64,000 nt of DNA from a virus (Duplodnaviria; Heunggongvirae; Uroviricota; Caudoviricetes). The stretch spans positions 27,496 to 91,495 of the IMG/VR virus record IMGVR_UViG_3300021318_000003; one strand, given 5' to 3'. The notes below the pieces were generated by a model, which saw only the letters and a program-made list of their open reading frames with translations, was not told where the DNA came from and did not search any database. The stretch's first letter is position 1, and every line of letters begins with the position of its first letter. Shown piece after piece: positions 1 through 9,618 of the stretch. The translations under genes were made by a program, and so were the position numbers.

Positions 1-17
1 CATAAGAACGCCCCTCT

Positions 18-272
18 TCAATATCCGCCGTTGTGCTCCAACAGCCATTCCTTCACCTGAACCTCGGCTTTGGCAAAGGCAAGCTCCATGTCACAGCTCC
101 GCACGTTGCACAGCACGGCATCGTCGCCACTGGCTTTGGATTTGGGATAATCTTTTGCGCAGCCCTTCTTGTAGATGTAGATGCTCCAATCGCAGGTTTT
201 GTTGTAGCCGATTTCGATATGGAGCGGGAAACTTTCGACCAGCTTGTTGAGAAATTTCAAAAATTCAGACAC
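18..272 (-). CDS. hypothetical protein
   Basis: 84-aa ORF co-oriented with the minus-strand gene block; no motif recognised. Confidence 0.4.
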   Translation of the reverse strand: MSEFLKFLNKLVESFPLHIEIGYNKTCDWSIYIYKKGCAKDYPKSKASGDDAVLCNVRSCDMELAFAKAEVQVKEWLLEHNGGY

Positions 273-284
273 GGTTCGTTCTCC

Positions 285-569
285 TTACATGAACAGATGC
301 GCCAGAGCGCCGATTGCCAAAAGGATCAAATTGCCGAAGACCGCTCCAACCACCGGAATGTACCAATCCTCGTTGTCATCGCGTTTTCTGTATCGGAAGC
401 GATAGATGGTCAGCAGGCTGTCCACACCGATCGCATGAGCGATGCTCAAAGGCATCACGCCGAGCGGAACGATGAACCACGCCCACATGGTCTTCAAGAT
501 CCACCCGCTGAAAAAGCACGAAAGCGCGAGACAAATCAGCAAAATCAAAAGATTCGGTTTCTTCTCCAT
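285..569 (-). CDS. small membrane protein
   Basis: 94 aa with hydrophobic helices (LLILLICLALSCFFSGWIL; VVGAVFGNLILLAIGALAHLF). Confidence 0.5.
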   Translation of the reverse strand: MEKKPNLLILLICLALSCFFSGWILKTMWAWFIVPLGVMPLSIAHAIGVDSLLTIYRFRYRKRDDNEDWYIPVVGAVFGNLILLAIGALAHLFM

Positions 570-582
570 CGTTGTTTTCCTC

Positions 583-1110
583 CTATCCGTACAGCTTCTT
601 GCGAAGCTCCTGCTGCTCCTGCTGGAGCATTTCCATCTGGTAGTACGACTCGTCCTCTGTGATTTCGCCGACGTGGAGCATACTGCGGACGATGCGCATA
701 CGCTCCGTCAGCTCGTAGTAACGGGCTTTGTCGCGCTCGTATTCGTCCATGCGTGTTTTATCGTCGCGCAGCCACTTGTCGAAAATCTTATCGTTCCACT
801 CGTGCCACTCGACCTCCGGCAATGTAACGGTTGGGAAATCCCGCGTCTTGTCATCCACGTTCAGCATCGGCTTGAGCATGAGGATGTAGTAGATCTCGTA
901 GAGGTTCATGTCCGCCTCGGTCTGGAACTCCGCGTACTCGATCTTTGACACGCCGTTGATGTCGATGGTGCGGTGCATGGGTTTCTGGTGAAAGTGACCG
1001 CGCAGGCGATCCTTCAAGTCCATGTTCGTCCGGCCGACATAGACGATGAAATCCTTTCCCTCCGCGTCACGATAGTAGATGCGGTAGAGCGTGTGCTTGC
1101 GTTCTTTCAT
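583..1110 (-). CDS. GIY-YIG nuclease-like protein
   Basis: N-terminus LYRIYY..GK.FIVYVGRT..RLRGH resembles the GIY-YIG signature; coiled-coil C-terminal half. Confidence 0.5.
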   Translation of the reverse strand: MKERKHTLYRIYYRDAEGKDFIVYVGRTNMDLKDRLRGHFHQKPMHRTIDINGVSKIEYAEFQTEADMNLYEIYYILMLKPMLNVDDKTRDFPTVTLPEVEWHEWNDKIFDKWLRDDKTRMDEYERDKARYYELTERMRIVRSMLHVGEITEDESYYQMEMLQQEQQELRKKLYG

Positions 1111-1388
1111 GGCGTTTCTTCTTGGAATTTGAAGCCCGTTCCGTTGCAGACGCGGCAGGTCACATCCTCACACTGACCGGCGGCGTCAGGGACGCGAATG
1201 GAGCCTGTGCCGCCACAATGCGGGCAGATGTACGGCTTGACCGCATCGTTGAGATAGCCGAGCGTGCGGTCGATCTCGTCGATCTGCTTATCCAGACCTG
1301 CAAGGTTTCGCTCGTACTCCTTGCGGTATTCCTCCTTGCGCTCAACAAGGCGGCGGCGCAGTGCGGTAAGGCAGGTGATGTTGTTCAT
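1107..1388 (-). CDS. zinc-ribbon protein
   Basis: start set at internal ATG (MNNITCL) which gives a 4-nt overlap with the upstream gene; CPHCGGTG and CRVCNGTG CxxC pairs. Confidence 0.5.
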   Translation of the reverse strand: MNNITCLTALRRRLVERKEEYRKEYERNLAGLDKQIDEIDRTLGYLNDAVKPYICPHCGGTGSIRVPDAAGQCEDVTCRVCNGTGFKFQEETP

Positions 1389-1936
1389 AGCGCGCCTCCA
1401 ATCATGCGCTTGTTCTTCGCGAACTCTTCGCTGGCAATGCCACACTCGTAGCATTTTTGCGAATAGGCGTCGTTGCAGTATGAACCTCCGTCAAAGGGGC
1501 AGAAAGGCTCCTTGTTTTCGGCGGGTCTATCCAGAAACTTCGCGATCCACTCTCTTTTTGAGTTGTCGTGGATATTTCCGATGATGGTCAGGCCGAAAGA
1601 TGCGTCGATGAGCATAGGCACATATCCTCTGACTGCACTCATCTTTTGCGGGAGAAGATAGAACGCGCCGCAAATACGCTTGACCTCATAAACCGCTTCG
1701 TTGCGGTCACGCACAATGTCGCCGTCATAGATTTCTGTCTTGCAAACGTCGTCGCAGCCGGAATACTCGCCGACCGTTTCAGGATCGACCTGTACCCAGT
1801 CGTTCGCGCGTGGCTGTCCGCCGTCAAGCCAGCACGTTCCGATGTAGTTTATGGACTTTGGGAAATGGATGCCGTTGCCGATAATCCATTCGCCGCTGTC
1901 CAGACGCTTGCCGCGAAATTTGATGTGGTCGAGCAT
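1385..1936 (-). CDS. YopX-like phage protein
   Basis: N-terminus MLDHIKFRGKRLDSGEWIIG fits the YopX-family start (IKFRaw..G.W). Confidence 0.5.
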   Translation of the reverse strand: MLDHIKFRGKRLDSGEWIIGNGIHFPKSINYIGTCWLDGGQPRANDWVQVDPETVGEYSGCDDVCKTEIYDGDIVRDRNEAVYEVKRICGAFYLLPQKMSAVRGYVPMLIDASFGLTIIGNIHDNSKREWIAKFLDRPAENKEPFCPFDGGSYCNDAYSQKCYECGIASEEFAKNKRMIGGAL

Positions 1937-2076
1937 GGTTTTGTCTTCCTTTCAATTTTTTGTAGTGATTTGCTCAAAAATTTCCATTCCATTTCTGCCA
2001 ACGAGAAAGACGGCGAAACAGTTGATGGGTAATTTTTGAATGGGAAATTTGATGCAAACTATTCAGAAATCGTCTG

Positions 2077-2859
2077 CTACTTCCAATAGCAGTACAAACA
2101 GCCGTTGGAACATTGCTTTTTGTGTTTCAGCAGCTCGACCTTGCCGCCATAGCACATACAACCTACTCGCTGGTAGCCTTCTCCGTCGTTCGCGTCGTCC
2201 GGATCGAGGCCGAGGAGCGATAGGTCGTAAGCCGACACGCAGCCGCACGGTATCACGCCGACGTCCTTGTCTGCGTTCAGCATCGGTTCAGCGCAGGCTT
2301 CGATCCTTAGCCCGTCGAACTTCGCGTAGACTCCAAGGTAGAAGAGCTTGCAGGCGCGCACCATGATGTCCACGTTTTTGAAAAGCTCGTCGGGAGCGGT
2401 GAAGCGCCCGTTGTACGGATCGGGAAGTCCGGCGTCTGCAAAACGCTGCCGAACGTGCGGATACATGTCGAGTACGCTGATGCGAAATCGGTCGAATCCG
2501 AGCAGAATCGCCGTTTTGATGATGTTGCACGCGCGGACGACGCCTTTTTCGGTCGGGATGACGGGATCAACGCGGATGACGATTTTCTCTATGGGAAATC
2601 CACAATTCACAAGCGACTTGGTAGCACCAAGCTGATACTCCGCTCGCGGTACGTTCGGCTCTACTACGGTTTTTCCGTAGCCGGTGCAGGTCGCGTGGAC
2701 AATTACCTTATCCTTGTTACGCAGCACGGCGCTTATGAAGTCGCTCGTGACATTCTTCGTAATCAGGATTGCGCCGTCCACCTTTTTGAGCTTCTTTTCC
2801 CAAGAGAGGTCAAGCCCAGCGTCGCCGGCCTCTGTGACGCCAATCTTGTACTTTGCCAT
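2077..2859 (-). CDS. hypothetical protein with C-terminal Cx3Cx2C cysteine cluster
   Basis: 260 aa; C-terminus GCMCYGG...CSNGCLYCYWK (possible Fe-S ligands). Confidence 0.45.
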   Translation of the reverse strand: MAKYKIGVTEAGDAGLDLSWEKKLKKVDGAILITKNVTSDFISAVLRNKDKVIVHATCTGYGKTVVEPNVPRAEYQLGATKSLVNCGFPIEKIVIRVDPVIPTEKGVVRACNIIKTAILLGFDRFRISVLDMYPHVRQRFADAGLPDPYNGRFTAPDELFKNVDIMVRACKLFYLGVYAKFDGLRIEACAEPMLNADKDVGVIPCGCVSAYDLSLLGLDPDDANDGEGYQRVGCMCYGGKVELLKHKKQCSNGCLYCYWK

Positions 2860-2863
2860 GCGA

Positions 2864-3355
2864 TTACTCCTTCGCCGGTTGGTACTGGTCGAACAGCTCC
2901 GCCATCGTCATGTTGTTCATCTTTGCCAAGTCGACAGAGATTGCGCAGATGTTCTTCTCCGTGCTCGCGCCGATGTGCTCGCAGAGATATTCCGTCAAAG
3001 ATTTGTAAACGGTCGGGAAATACCCTTCCTCGTCGCGCTCCCAGTCTTCCGCAGACTTGTCTTCCTGGCGTTCCACGAAGTCAGAGTACCGTCCCTCGTT
3101 GACGAAGCCGATCATAGGCTTCCCGTTGACGGTGAACTCGTGCGTCATGCTGCCGACGAGGTTGCAGCCGGTGCAGTATCGCCACCAGCCCCAGTCGTCC
3201 TTCCATTCGTCATCGGGAATCCCGCACAGCCTGTCGAAGCTGACTTCGCCGACAAGCCACACCTGATACTCCCCGTCATCGTGCTTTTTCTCGGCGTTCA
3301 AGCCAAGCTCTTCAATGGCGTTTACGAAACCACCGCCCGCCAAAATCTCAATCAT
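2864..3355 (-). CDS. hypothetical protein
   Basis: 163-aa acidic ORF abutting upstream gene. Confidence 0.45.
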   Translation of the reverse strand: MIEILAGGGFVNAIEELGLNAEKKHDDGEYQVWLVGEVSFDRLCGIPDDEWKDDWGWWRYCTGCNLVGSMTHEFTVNGKPMIGFVNEGRYSDFVERQEDKSAEDWERDEEGYFPTVYKSLTEYLCEHIGASTEKNICAISVDLAKMNNMTMAELFDQYQPAKE

Positions 3356-3518
3356 TTCTTTTTACTCCTCTCTCTTAAAACATCGCGCAGAAGCAACCGC
3401 GCAAGCTCCATTGTGGTAAGGTCGGGGAAACTGCCATCCTCTTTGATCTCCTCCGCGCAGCGGTAGATGTAACCGCACACGAACATCGCATTGTCATATT
3501 CCATGTCAAATCACCGTT

Positions 3519-3719
3519 TTATCGTCCAACTTCAAAAAAGTCTCTATCTTCAAGAGGGCGTTTCGCATCAAAAATGTTTTGGCAAATGCTGCTATCTGCC
3601 AAAATTCCAGCCACAACTGGGATAGAACAATCTTTTGCAAATTCGCACCACCAAGCGCAAGAGCCTCCCTTGCAATCGTGATTGTATCCACGCCCAAGAA
3701 GAAGCGGACAAATTTTCAT
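3519..3719 (-). CDS. small cysteine-rich peptide (about 66 aa)
   Basis: internal ATG (MKICPLL) preceded by AAGGAGG-N7; CPLLLGRGYNHDCKGGSCAWWCEFAKDC; sits in a locally AT-richer intergenic island 3356-3836. Confidence 0.3.
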   Translation of the reverse strand: MKICPLLLGRGYNHDCKGGSCAWWCEFAKDCSIPVVAGILADSSICQNIFDAKRPLEDRDFFEVGR

Positions 3720-3836
3720 TAAATTTTCCTCCTTATGAAGTCGCTGTCGCATCAAGTGGTGGCTCCGGCATTGGCATCCAAAATGACACATTAGACGGAG
3801 AGATAATTGACACACTGTACTTTTCTACCCATTGTT

Positions 3837-4235
3837 TTACTCCTTTTGCGCGGCTCTGACCTCATCACGAGCAAGAAAGACGGTTTTGCCTATATCCGAC
3901 GCCTTGATTTTTCCGCCGTGAATTGTTTCATAGAACGGATCGACGCAAAGCGTGATGTTGCCCTCGCCATCAATAAGTGCTCCGTCAAAGCTGGACTGAC
4001 AGGGAACATCGTCGCCTTTGCGCTGAATGTAGAACATCGCATCTGGCTTGCAAGGCAGCTGCACCAGCTCACCGCGCTCTTCTGCCTCCAGCAGCTCAAT
4101 CGCGCGCGCATACGCAGCGAGAATGTTGTTTGCATCCATGACCAGATCGCATTTTCCGCAATCCCGGTCACATTGCTGGCGTGATACACATTCCGCTTCG
4201 CGCTGGATGATCTGCCTTGCCGTCAATTTATCCAT
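3837..4235 (-). CDS. hypothetical protein
   Basis: start taken at MDKLTARQ; CxxC-containing; overlaps upstream gene by 8 nt. Confidence 0.45.
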   Translation of the reverse strand: MDKLTARQIIQREAECVSRQQCDRDCGKCDLVMDANNILAAYARAIELLEAEERGELVQLPCKPDAMFYIQRKGDDVPCQSSFDGALIDGEGNITLCVDPFYETIHGGKIKASDIGKTVFLARDEVRAAQKE

Positions 4236-4521
4236 CTTTCGCCTCCACTTTCTGCCGTTCGCGGACGGTGACATAGAGGTCGTAGCTCGGCGGAGAGGTG
4301 TAGAAGAACTCGCTGTGGCTACCGACGTCGAACTTCGTCATCGGGCGACCTTTCCAGTCCTCGTTCCAGATGCGCGTGTAGTAGATCTTAAATTTGCGCT
4401 CATCGCAAAACGCCTTGATTTGGCGGTCGATCTCCGCCGTGATTTTCTCGGCGCTCATTCTTCCGTCGATCTTTCCGATGCGACGGAGCTGACCGTGTCC
4501 GTTTTTGAAGTACAGGATCAA
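4228..4521 (-). CDS. hypothetical protein
   Basis: 97-aa ORF, translationally coupled to neighbours. Confidence 0.45.
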   Translation of the reverse strand: MILYFKNGHGQLRRIGKIDGRMSAEKITAEIDRQIKAFCDERKFKIYYTRIWNEDWKGRPMTKFDVGSHSEFFYTSPPSYDLYVTVRERQKVEAKDG

Positions 4522-4966
4522 GCCGTACCATCTCCTTTCTTGTGAAATACAACCACCATGCTTGGGAACGGGGCGGAATTTTGGCCGTCTCCGAATTTCA
4601 AGCGCCCTCTGACGAAACGCACCTCCACGTTCGGCTTGTTGTAGATGTAGTCGTGAAAATAGCTTGTGTCGGTTCGCGCCGGTATCAGCATGACGACCGT
4701 TGTGTGCGGTTTTGCGGATTCGTCGGAGCTTTTCTTCACCCAGTCCTTAATGGCTCTGCCGTATGGCGGATTGCAGAATACCGTTTGCCCCCCCACGACT
4801 GGTCAAGTCCGTTTTGTTCCGCCGTGAAATAGCGGTCGCACTTGTGATTGGACTTGTCTGCGCAGGGATCGAGGGTGAAGTGAAACTCCGAATCCAGCTC
4901 GTCGAAGAAATCCTGCGGCGTAGCCCACTCATTTGACTTCGACGAGAACATGACGTCCAGATTCAT
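4518..4966 (-). pseudogene. phage Dam-type N6-adenine DNA methyltransferase split into two frames at a G7 tract
   Basis: N-part MFSSKSNEWATPQDFFDELD..FTLDPCA..YFTAEQNGLDQSWGG and C-part VFCNPPYGRAIKDWVKK..MLIPARTDTSYFHDY are in different frames; they overlap at the homopolymer 4788-4794; one extra G would give SWGGQTVFCNPPYG in a single frame. Confidence 0.7.
4788..4794. repeat. homopolymer tract C7 (G7 on the coding strand) inside the Dam-like MTase
   Basis: read directly; frameshift site. Confidence 0.8.
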
Positions 4967-4985
4967 AAGTTCACCTCATATTCAG

Positions 4986-5462
4986 TTAGATTTTCCAGAT
5001 TTCAACCTTTCCGGGATAGCCTGCGAGCGCGGCGGCAATCATCGGAAAGACAATCTTCCAGTCGCCGCCGCCGAGCGCGCAGCCCATAAACCACGGGAAA
5101 CCGAGCGTAAAATTGTTCTCGCGGAGAAATTTGTTGTTTCCGAGACTTGTGAGCGCGCGGTCGAGCGCGGCGTAATCCGTTTGCTGCTTGCCGCGCCCGT
5201 AGTGCTCCTGCCCGAAAAGATTTGCAACGATGCGCTTTTTCGTGTCGTCCGTATAGACGAGCTGACACGAACCGAGCAGCGTATCGCCTTGCGCGCGTCG
5301 CGCGTCGCAGTACGCCTTATACTAATCGAAGACGCGCGGATATTCGCGGTGGATCTGTTTGGCGATGCCGGCTCCCATAACGCCCTGGCAATTCACCTGA
5401 TGGCAAATCACATCGACCTTGGAGTCAAAGAGCAAGTTGCCGTCGTAGACCTTGATCTCCAT
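4986..5462 (-). CDS. macro-domain protein with an in-frame TAG at 5322-5324
   Basis: my own translation (ORF is not in the track): MEIKVYDGNLLFDSKVDVICHQVNCQGVMGAGIAKQIHREYPRVFD-TAG-YKAYCDARRAQGDTLLGSCQLVYTDD...ALGGGDWKIVFPMIAAALAGYPGKVEIWKI; the VNCQGVMGAGIA motif is macro-like; both halves are in one frame. Confidence 0.5.
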
Positions 5463-5468
5463 AGACGC

Positions 5469-5873
5469 TTACTTGAGCATGGCGGCGATGGCGTCAATCT
5501 CCAGCTCCGTGCGCTTATCGTTGGAGAGGAGCTTATCAAGCTGCTTCTCCATGTCGGCGAGCTGGGCGAGATCATTTTTCTGATCAATCGCGGCGATCCG
5601 AGCGCCGATGTCAGCGCACCAGAAATTGAGCTGGAAACCGGATATGATCGGCTGGTCGATGCCGAGACTGTCGGCGGCCATAGCCAACGCCCGCAGCTTG
5701 CAGTAGAGCAGGATCAGCTCGTCGCGCTTGAGCACGTTGATGTTATAGTTCATGCCGTCCAGCTCGATGACGCAGCTCGTTAGCGGAGAGAAATGGATCG
5801 GCTTACCGATTGCCTCGCGGCGTTGCTCGATCTGCTTCTTGAGAGTAATGATCTTATCGTCGTTTTTGCTCAT
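5469..5873 (-). CDS. hypothetical protein
   Basis: 134-aa ORF with coiled-coil segments. Confidence 0.45.
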   Translation of the reverse strand: MSKNDDKIITLKKQIEQRREAIGKPIHFSPLTSCVIELDGMNYNINVLKRDELILLYCKLRALAMAADSLGIDQPIISGFQLNFWCADIGARIAAIDQKNDLAQLADMEKQLDKLLSNDKRTELEIDAIAAMLK

Positions 5874-7093
5874 GGGATATACCTCCTGTAAAATTTTCCG
5901 TTTTTCAGGTATTGCGCAATGTATTGCGGATGGATCTTTTCAAAGATCTCTTTTGCCGTGACGGGAATGATCTTGCCGTATCGGTCGTCAGGATCGAGCG
6001 CGAAAAACTTGCCTATTTTGTCAACGCCGGAGGATTCGAGAGAAACGTAGTATTTCTCTGTCGGATTGTCGCGATCCTCATTCCATATCTGGATTTTCCC
6101 AACGCTCGAAAGAACAACCACCCTGTACGGGTGTTTTTTCAGCTCTTCGGAAAACTCCTCGAAGGTGTAATCCATACGCTTGTCTCTGCTCTCGTCAATC
6201 GGAGAATAGATCTCAAGATGTTCAAGCGTGTCGAACAGCTCCGAGTAGTTTTCTGCGGGCTGGTCAGAGAGTGTATCAATCAGAAGTCCGGAAATTGAAT
6301 GATAGGTGTCAAATTTTGGCTCTACGTTTCCGTAGTAATTCTTTTCATCCGGGAAATAGAAGAAAAAGTGCTTTTCATCTGTTCCGCGTCCCGTTGTATA
6401 TCGGTTGTCGAATTGTCTTGCGCCCCACCTGTCTGTAAAAGGTCTTTCTGATCTAACTGTCAGATTGTTCTTTTCAGCATATTTTGTCATTCTGGTATAG
6501 CTCGAAAAGAATTTGCCGTCGAAGAAGTACCCATAGCTGTAATAATCGAACTTCCCCATGTAGATGCAGCGCTTATTCTGCTTTGTCAGGTAGGTCGCGC
6601 CGATTTTCAAATCCTTCGCTTTTACCGTTTCGTTTTCAAAGCGTTTGATATTGAGCGCGGTCAGAGCGGCATAGTCCGGCGAACACGTCGGCAGCAGTAC
6701 GAGATCCGTACCGTCCCAGCCATAAACGAATTGATCTTCCAGGCCTTTCCCTTTGATGGAGCTTGTGTGCTCCAGAATATAGAGCAGATTCGGAATGGTG
6801 ATCTCGAACTCAAAGCCGCGCGGATCGTAGACGCGAACGTATGCCTGACGAAAATCGCCCCAGTCGCCGGCGTAACCGCCGACCTTTTTGTTTAGAACAA
6901 ATCCCTCTGTAGGCTCGTTGTCGTATTCGACGGGTTTGATTTCCTTGCTGCGCCAGCTTTCCCACGACGCTTCCTTGCGGAGCTTGCCTTTTTCATCGTA
7001 GTAAATGACGTAGGCGAGCTTCTTGGTGTAGGTGTCTTCGCGCTTTTGAAAACCGACGCGGATGCGGCGCGGAAGAAAAATGCTGTTATTCAT
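5870..7093 (-). CDS. hypothetical protein (407 aa)
   Basis: long ORF rich in Y/F/K with no motif recognised; 4-nt overlap with the downstream gene. Confidence 0.5.
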   Translation of the reverse strand: MNNSIFLPRRIRVGFQKREDTYTKKLAYVIYYDEKGKLRKEASWESWRSKEIKPVEYDNEPTEGFVLNKKVGGYAGDWGDFRQAYVRVYDPRGFEFEITIPNLLYILEHTSSIKGKGLEDQFVYGWDGTDLVLLPTCSPDYAALTALNIKRFENETVKAKDLKIGATYLTKQNKRCIYMGKFDYYSYGYFFDGKFFSSYTRMTKYAEKNNLTVRSERPFTDRWGARQFDNRYTTGRGTDEKHFFFYFPDEKNYYGNVEPKFDTYHSISGLLIDTLSDQPAENYSELFDTLEHLEIYSPIDESRDKRMDYTFEEFSEELKKHPYRVVVLSSVGKIQIWNEDRDNPTEKYYVSLESSGVDKIGKFFALDPDDRYGKIIPVTAKEIFEKIHPQYIAQYLKNGKFYRRYIP

Positions 7094-7101
7094 TCAGCGC
7101 G

Positions 7102-7476
7102 CTACTCCTTTCCGTTTTTCTTGTGATACCGCTTGACGCGGACGAGCAGCTTGTATTTTTGAGCAGTTTCGATCATGTTCTTTGTGCCTCGGCTCTCGCC
7201 GTCCCAGAACGCGACGAGCGCGTCCGCATTTTGCGCCATCTCCTCGTTGCGCACGATTCCGGCGCGCCGTCCGAGTCCATCCCAGTCGGCGGGGAAGTAG
7301 AGCACCTTGTAACCGTGTTCCTTTGCGTAACGCTCTCCGAGCGTGTCCGCGCCGCGCGCCTTGCCGCAGACAATGACGATTTCGTCGCTGATGTTGGAAA
7401 GCAGGTAATCCACCGTTTTCTTCAGCGCTTCGTAATTATCGAAATCGCGGCCTCCGGCAATGATCAGTCGAAACAT
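7102..7476 (-). CDS. SLOG/DUF2493-like Rossmann-fold protein
   Basis: IIAGGRDFDNYEAL...VIVCGKARGADTLGERYAKEHGYKV...VAFWDGESRGTKNMIE pattern typical of YspA/DprA-like SLOG proteins. Confidence 0.5.
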   Translation of the reverse strand: MFRLIIAGGRDFDNYEALKKTVDYLLSNISDEIVIVCGKARGADTLGERYAKEHGYKVLYFPADWDGLGRRAGIVRNEEMAQNADALVAFWDGESRGTKNMIETAQKYKLLVRVKRYHKKNGKE

Positions 7477-7487
7477 AATGCCCTCCT

Positions 7488-7832
7488 TTACGGCTGTTCC
7501 GGTTTGTCAACGCGGATCAAATCGCCCTCCCAGAACGACCAGTCGCAGCCCTCCAAATCGACCGTCACGGGATAGCCGCCGTCGCTGCGGCGTCGAATTT
7601 TCGCGATGAACACCGTGTCGGCGTTGCGTTCCACGAAGTCTCGATAGGCAGGCTGAAGGTTCTGCCATTCCGCGCTGGACTTGATCCGCTCGACGTTGAG
7701 CTTTACGGCGTCTCCGTCCGCGAGCGGGTTTTCCGCATGACTTGACGCCTCCGTGAGCATCTTTCTGATGACCTCAGCGCCTTTCGTGGAACGCAGACTG
7801 CGCTCCAGGGCGCGCTTTTGCTTCCTGTTCAT
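7488..7832 (-). CDS. hypothetical protein
   Basis: 114-aa ORF. Confidence 0.45.
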   Translation of the reverse strand: MNRKQKRALERSLRSTKGAEVIRKMLTEASSHAENPLADGDAVKLNVERIKSSAEWQNLQPAYRDFVERNADTVFIAKIRRRSDGGYPVTVDLEGCDWSFWEGDLIRVDKPEQP

Positions 7833-7847
7833 CGGCGATACACCTCC

Positions 7848-8051
7848 TCACATAACAAGTCTTCCGGAAGCCGCCGCTTCTTCCGGCGAGCACAGCGGCG
7901 TCACCTCGATAACGGCGCGCTGGTACTCCACGGAGCCTTCGATGATCTCCTCTTCCTTGCCGAGGCCGAGGAGTTTGCGGCGGATGGTTTTGTTGGTGAT
8001 GACGACGTGAAACGTGCCATCTTCGTTTTGCGTTGCGGTGATAGTCTTCAT
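7848..8051 (-). CDS. hypothetical protein
   Basis: 67-aa ORF between neighbouring genes. Confidence 0.35.
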   Translation of the reverse strand: MKTITATQNEDGTFHVVITNKTIRRKLLGLGKEEEIIEGSVEYQRAVIEVTPLCSPEEAAASGRLVM

Positions 8052-8066
8052 TGATTTGCGTACTCC

Positions 8067-8870
8067 TTACAGATATTGCTCGATGTAGTTCCGATCCTGC
8101 GTAAAAATCGGGATTTCGTGGTCGATCTCCCATACGCGGCGCATGACCGTGATCTGCTCGCACGGATTGCGCGGGTTTTCCATATTCTGCTCGCGCGTGT
8201 GCTTGACGCAGCACGAGCCGCGCTTGCAGTCGACCGGAAAATCATTCCAGTTGATGCCTTTTTCGGTGAAGAGCATATCCTGGATCTGGTTGCAGCTCTT
8301 TCCGTGAAGCTCGCGCTGGCTAAAATTCGCCTGACCGACTGCCTCGATGCTGTTGCGCGTCGCGTCCTGCTGACGCCAGATGAGGCAGTTCGCCACCTCG
8401 TCCTTCGGCACGGAGAAGACGCGGGCGTCAAAAAGCGCCTTATATCCCTTGTCGCAATAGCGATAGTAGTCAGCGCCGCTGAGGAGCATCGGATCACAAA
8501 TTACGTTCATAAACGCATTGTTGAACGCGAGCGTTGCCATCGACGCGGCGATGCTGGCCATCTTCTGAACGCCGTAGCCAAACCACGCATCCGTCGTGAT
8601 GGTCGTGTAGTCCGTGAGGACAAGCGTGATCTCATCGGATTGCGTGTAGCCGAGGATGCAGCCCTGCACATTCTCGCAGAGATACTTCATAGTGCGCTGC
8701 ATGGTCTGCATGAGGACGGGATCGAAGGGCTTTTTCATGCCGCGCGTGAAGGTGTGAAACGCTTTGCCGTCCAACCGGATGATGGCCGGTACGCGGCGCG
8801 TCAGATAGAGCTTCGGAACGGCTTCGTACCGCTTCATGCGGTCGCCGAGGCTGTCAGTTTTCTTTGCCAT
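8067..8870 (-). CDS. Thg1-like protein (tRNA-His guanylyltransferase family, 3'-5' nucleotidyltransferase)
   Basis: start at MAKKTDSLGDRMKRYE (GGAAGGAG upstream); RMKRYE...IIRLDGKAFHTFT matches the Thg1/TLP N-terminal signature. Confidence 0.6.
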   Translation of the reverse strand: MAKKTDSLGDRMKRYEAVPKLYLTRRVPAIIRLDGKAFHTFTRGMKKPFDPVLMQTMQRTMKYLCENVQGCILGYTQSDEITLVLTDYTTITTDAWFGYGVQKMASIAASMATLAFNNAFMNVICDPMLLSGADYYRYCDKGYKALFDARVFSVPKDEVANCLIWRQQDATRNSIEAVGQANFSQRELHGKSCNQIQDMLFTEKGINWNDFPVDCKRGSCCVKHTREQNMENPRNPCEQITVMRRVWEIDHEIPIFTQDRNYIEQYL

Positions 8871-9618
8871 TGTCGTACTCCTTCCACGGAATTTCGATCG
8901 CGTGCTTGTTTGTCTCGCAATAGGACTTGACGCCGTACTTGGCAATCCAGCCGTCAAGATACTGCTGCAGTTCATTGACCGGCGCATCGCCGATGTCGCT
9001 CATGGCATCCTCGTACATGTCCTCCGTGGCGCGTTCCACGATGTCTGCCGCGTCCATCTGCATCTCGGTCTCGTCCGTTCCCCAGACATATTTCGGACGA
9101 TTGGTGATTTCCTCGTTTTCCTCGTTCCACGCGTCGAAAAACTCTTCCCATTCGCTGAAATAGCCGTCGTTGTGCGGGTAGAAGTCGCTCTGCGCCATCA
9201 GAAATGTCGTGCCGAGCGCGGACGACGGATGCTTTTCCGCATCGGCCATAGCGTCGCGCTCCTTCTTGTCGCGCTCCTGCTCGCGTTTATGGACATAGTA
9301 ATCGCAGTCGCAGACCAGACGACCGCGCGGAAGCTGCTTGCCGCAGTATTGGCAGCGGCGAACGACACCGTTGTAGCAGTTCTGGCAAAAAGAGATGGAC
9401 TGGTGCTTATACGGGAAGCGCCCAACCGTCTTGTCGGGATCTTCCGTCATACCATACACGTTGTCCTCGATCCTCATGCCGGTGCCGCCGCAGACAGGAC
9501 AGATTTCTTCATTGTCGTGCAAATCCTTGACGATATTACAGTCCAAAATGGCGCGAAAAGCGTCACGCACAGATACTGTCACTCGTACGGGCTTTACAAA
9601 GTCGCTCAAAACATGCAC
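8854..9618 (-). CDS. zinc-finger protein
   Basis: CPVCGGTG, CQNCYNG, CQYCGK and CDCDYY cysteine pairs plus an acidic C-terminal half; the true start may be the TTG at about 9609. Confidence 0.5.
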   Translation of the reverse strand: MHVLSDFVKPVRVTVSVRDAFRAILDCNIVKDLHDNEEICPVCGGTGMRIEDNVYGMTEDPDKTVGRFPYKHQSISFCQNCYNGVVRRCQYCGKQLPRGRLVCDCDYYVHKREQERDKKERDAMADAEKHPSSALGTTFLMAQSDFYPHNDGYFSEWEEFFDAWNEENEEITNRPKYVWGTDETEMQMDAADIVERATEDMYEDAMSDIGDAPVNELQQYLDGWIAKYGVKSYCETNKHAIEIPWKEYDNGKEN

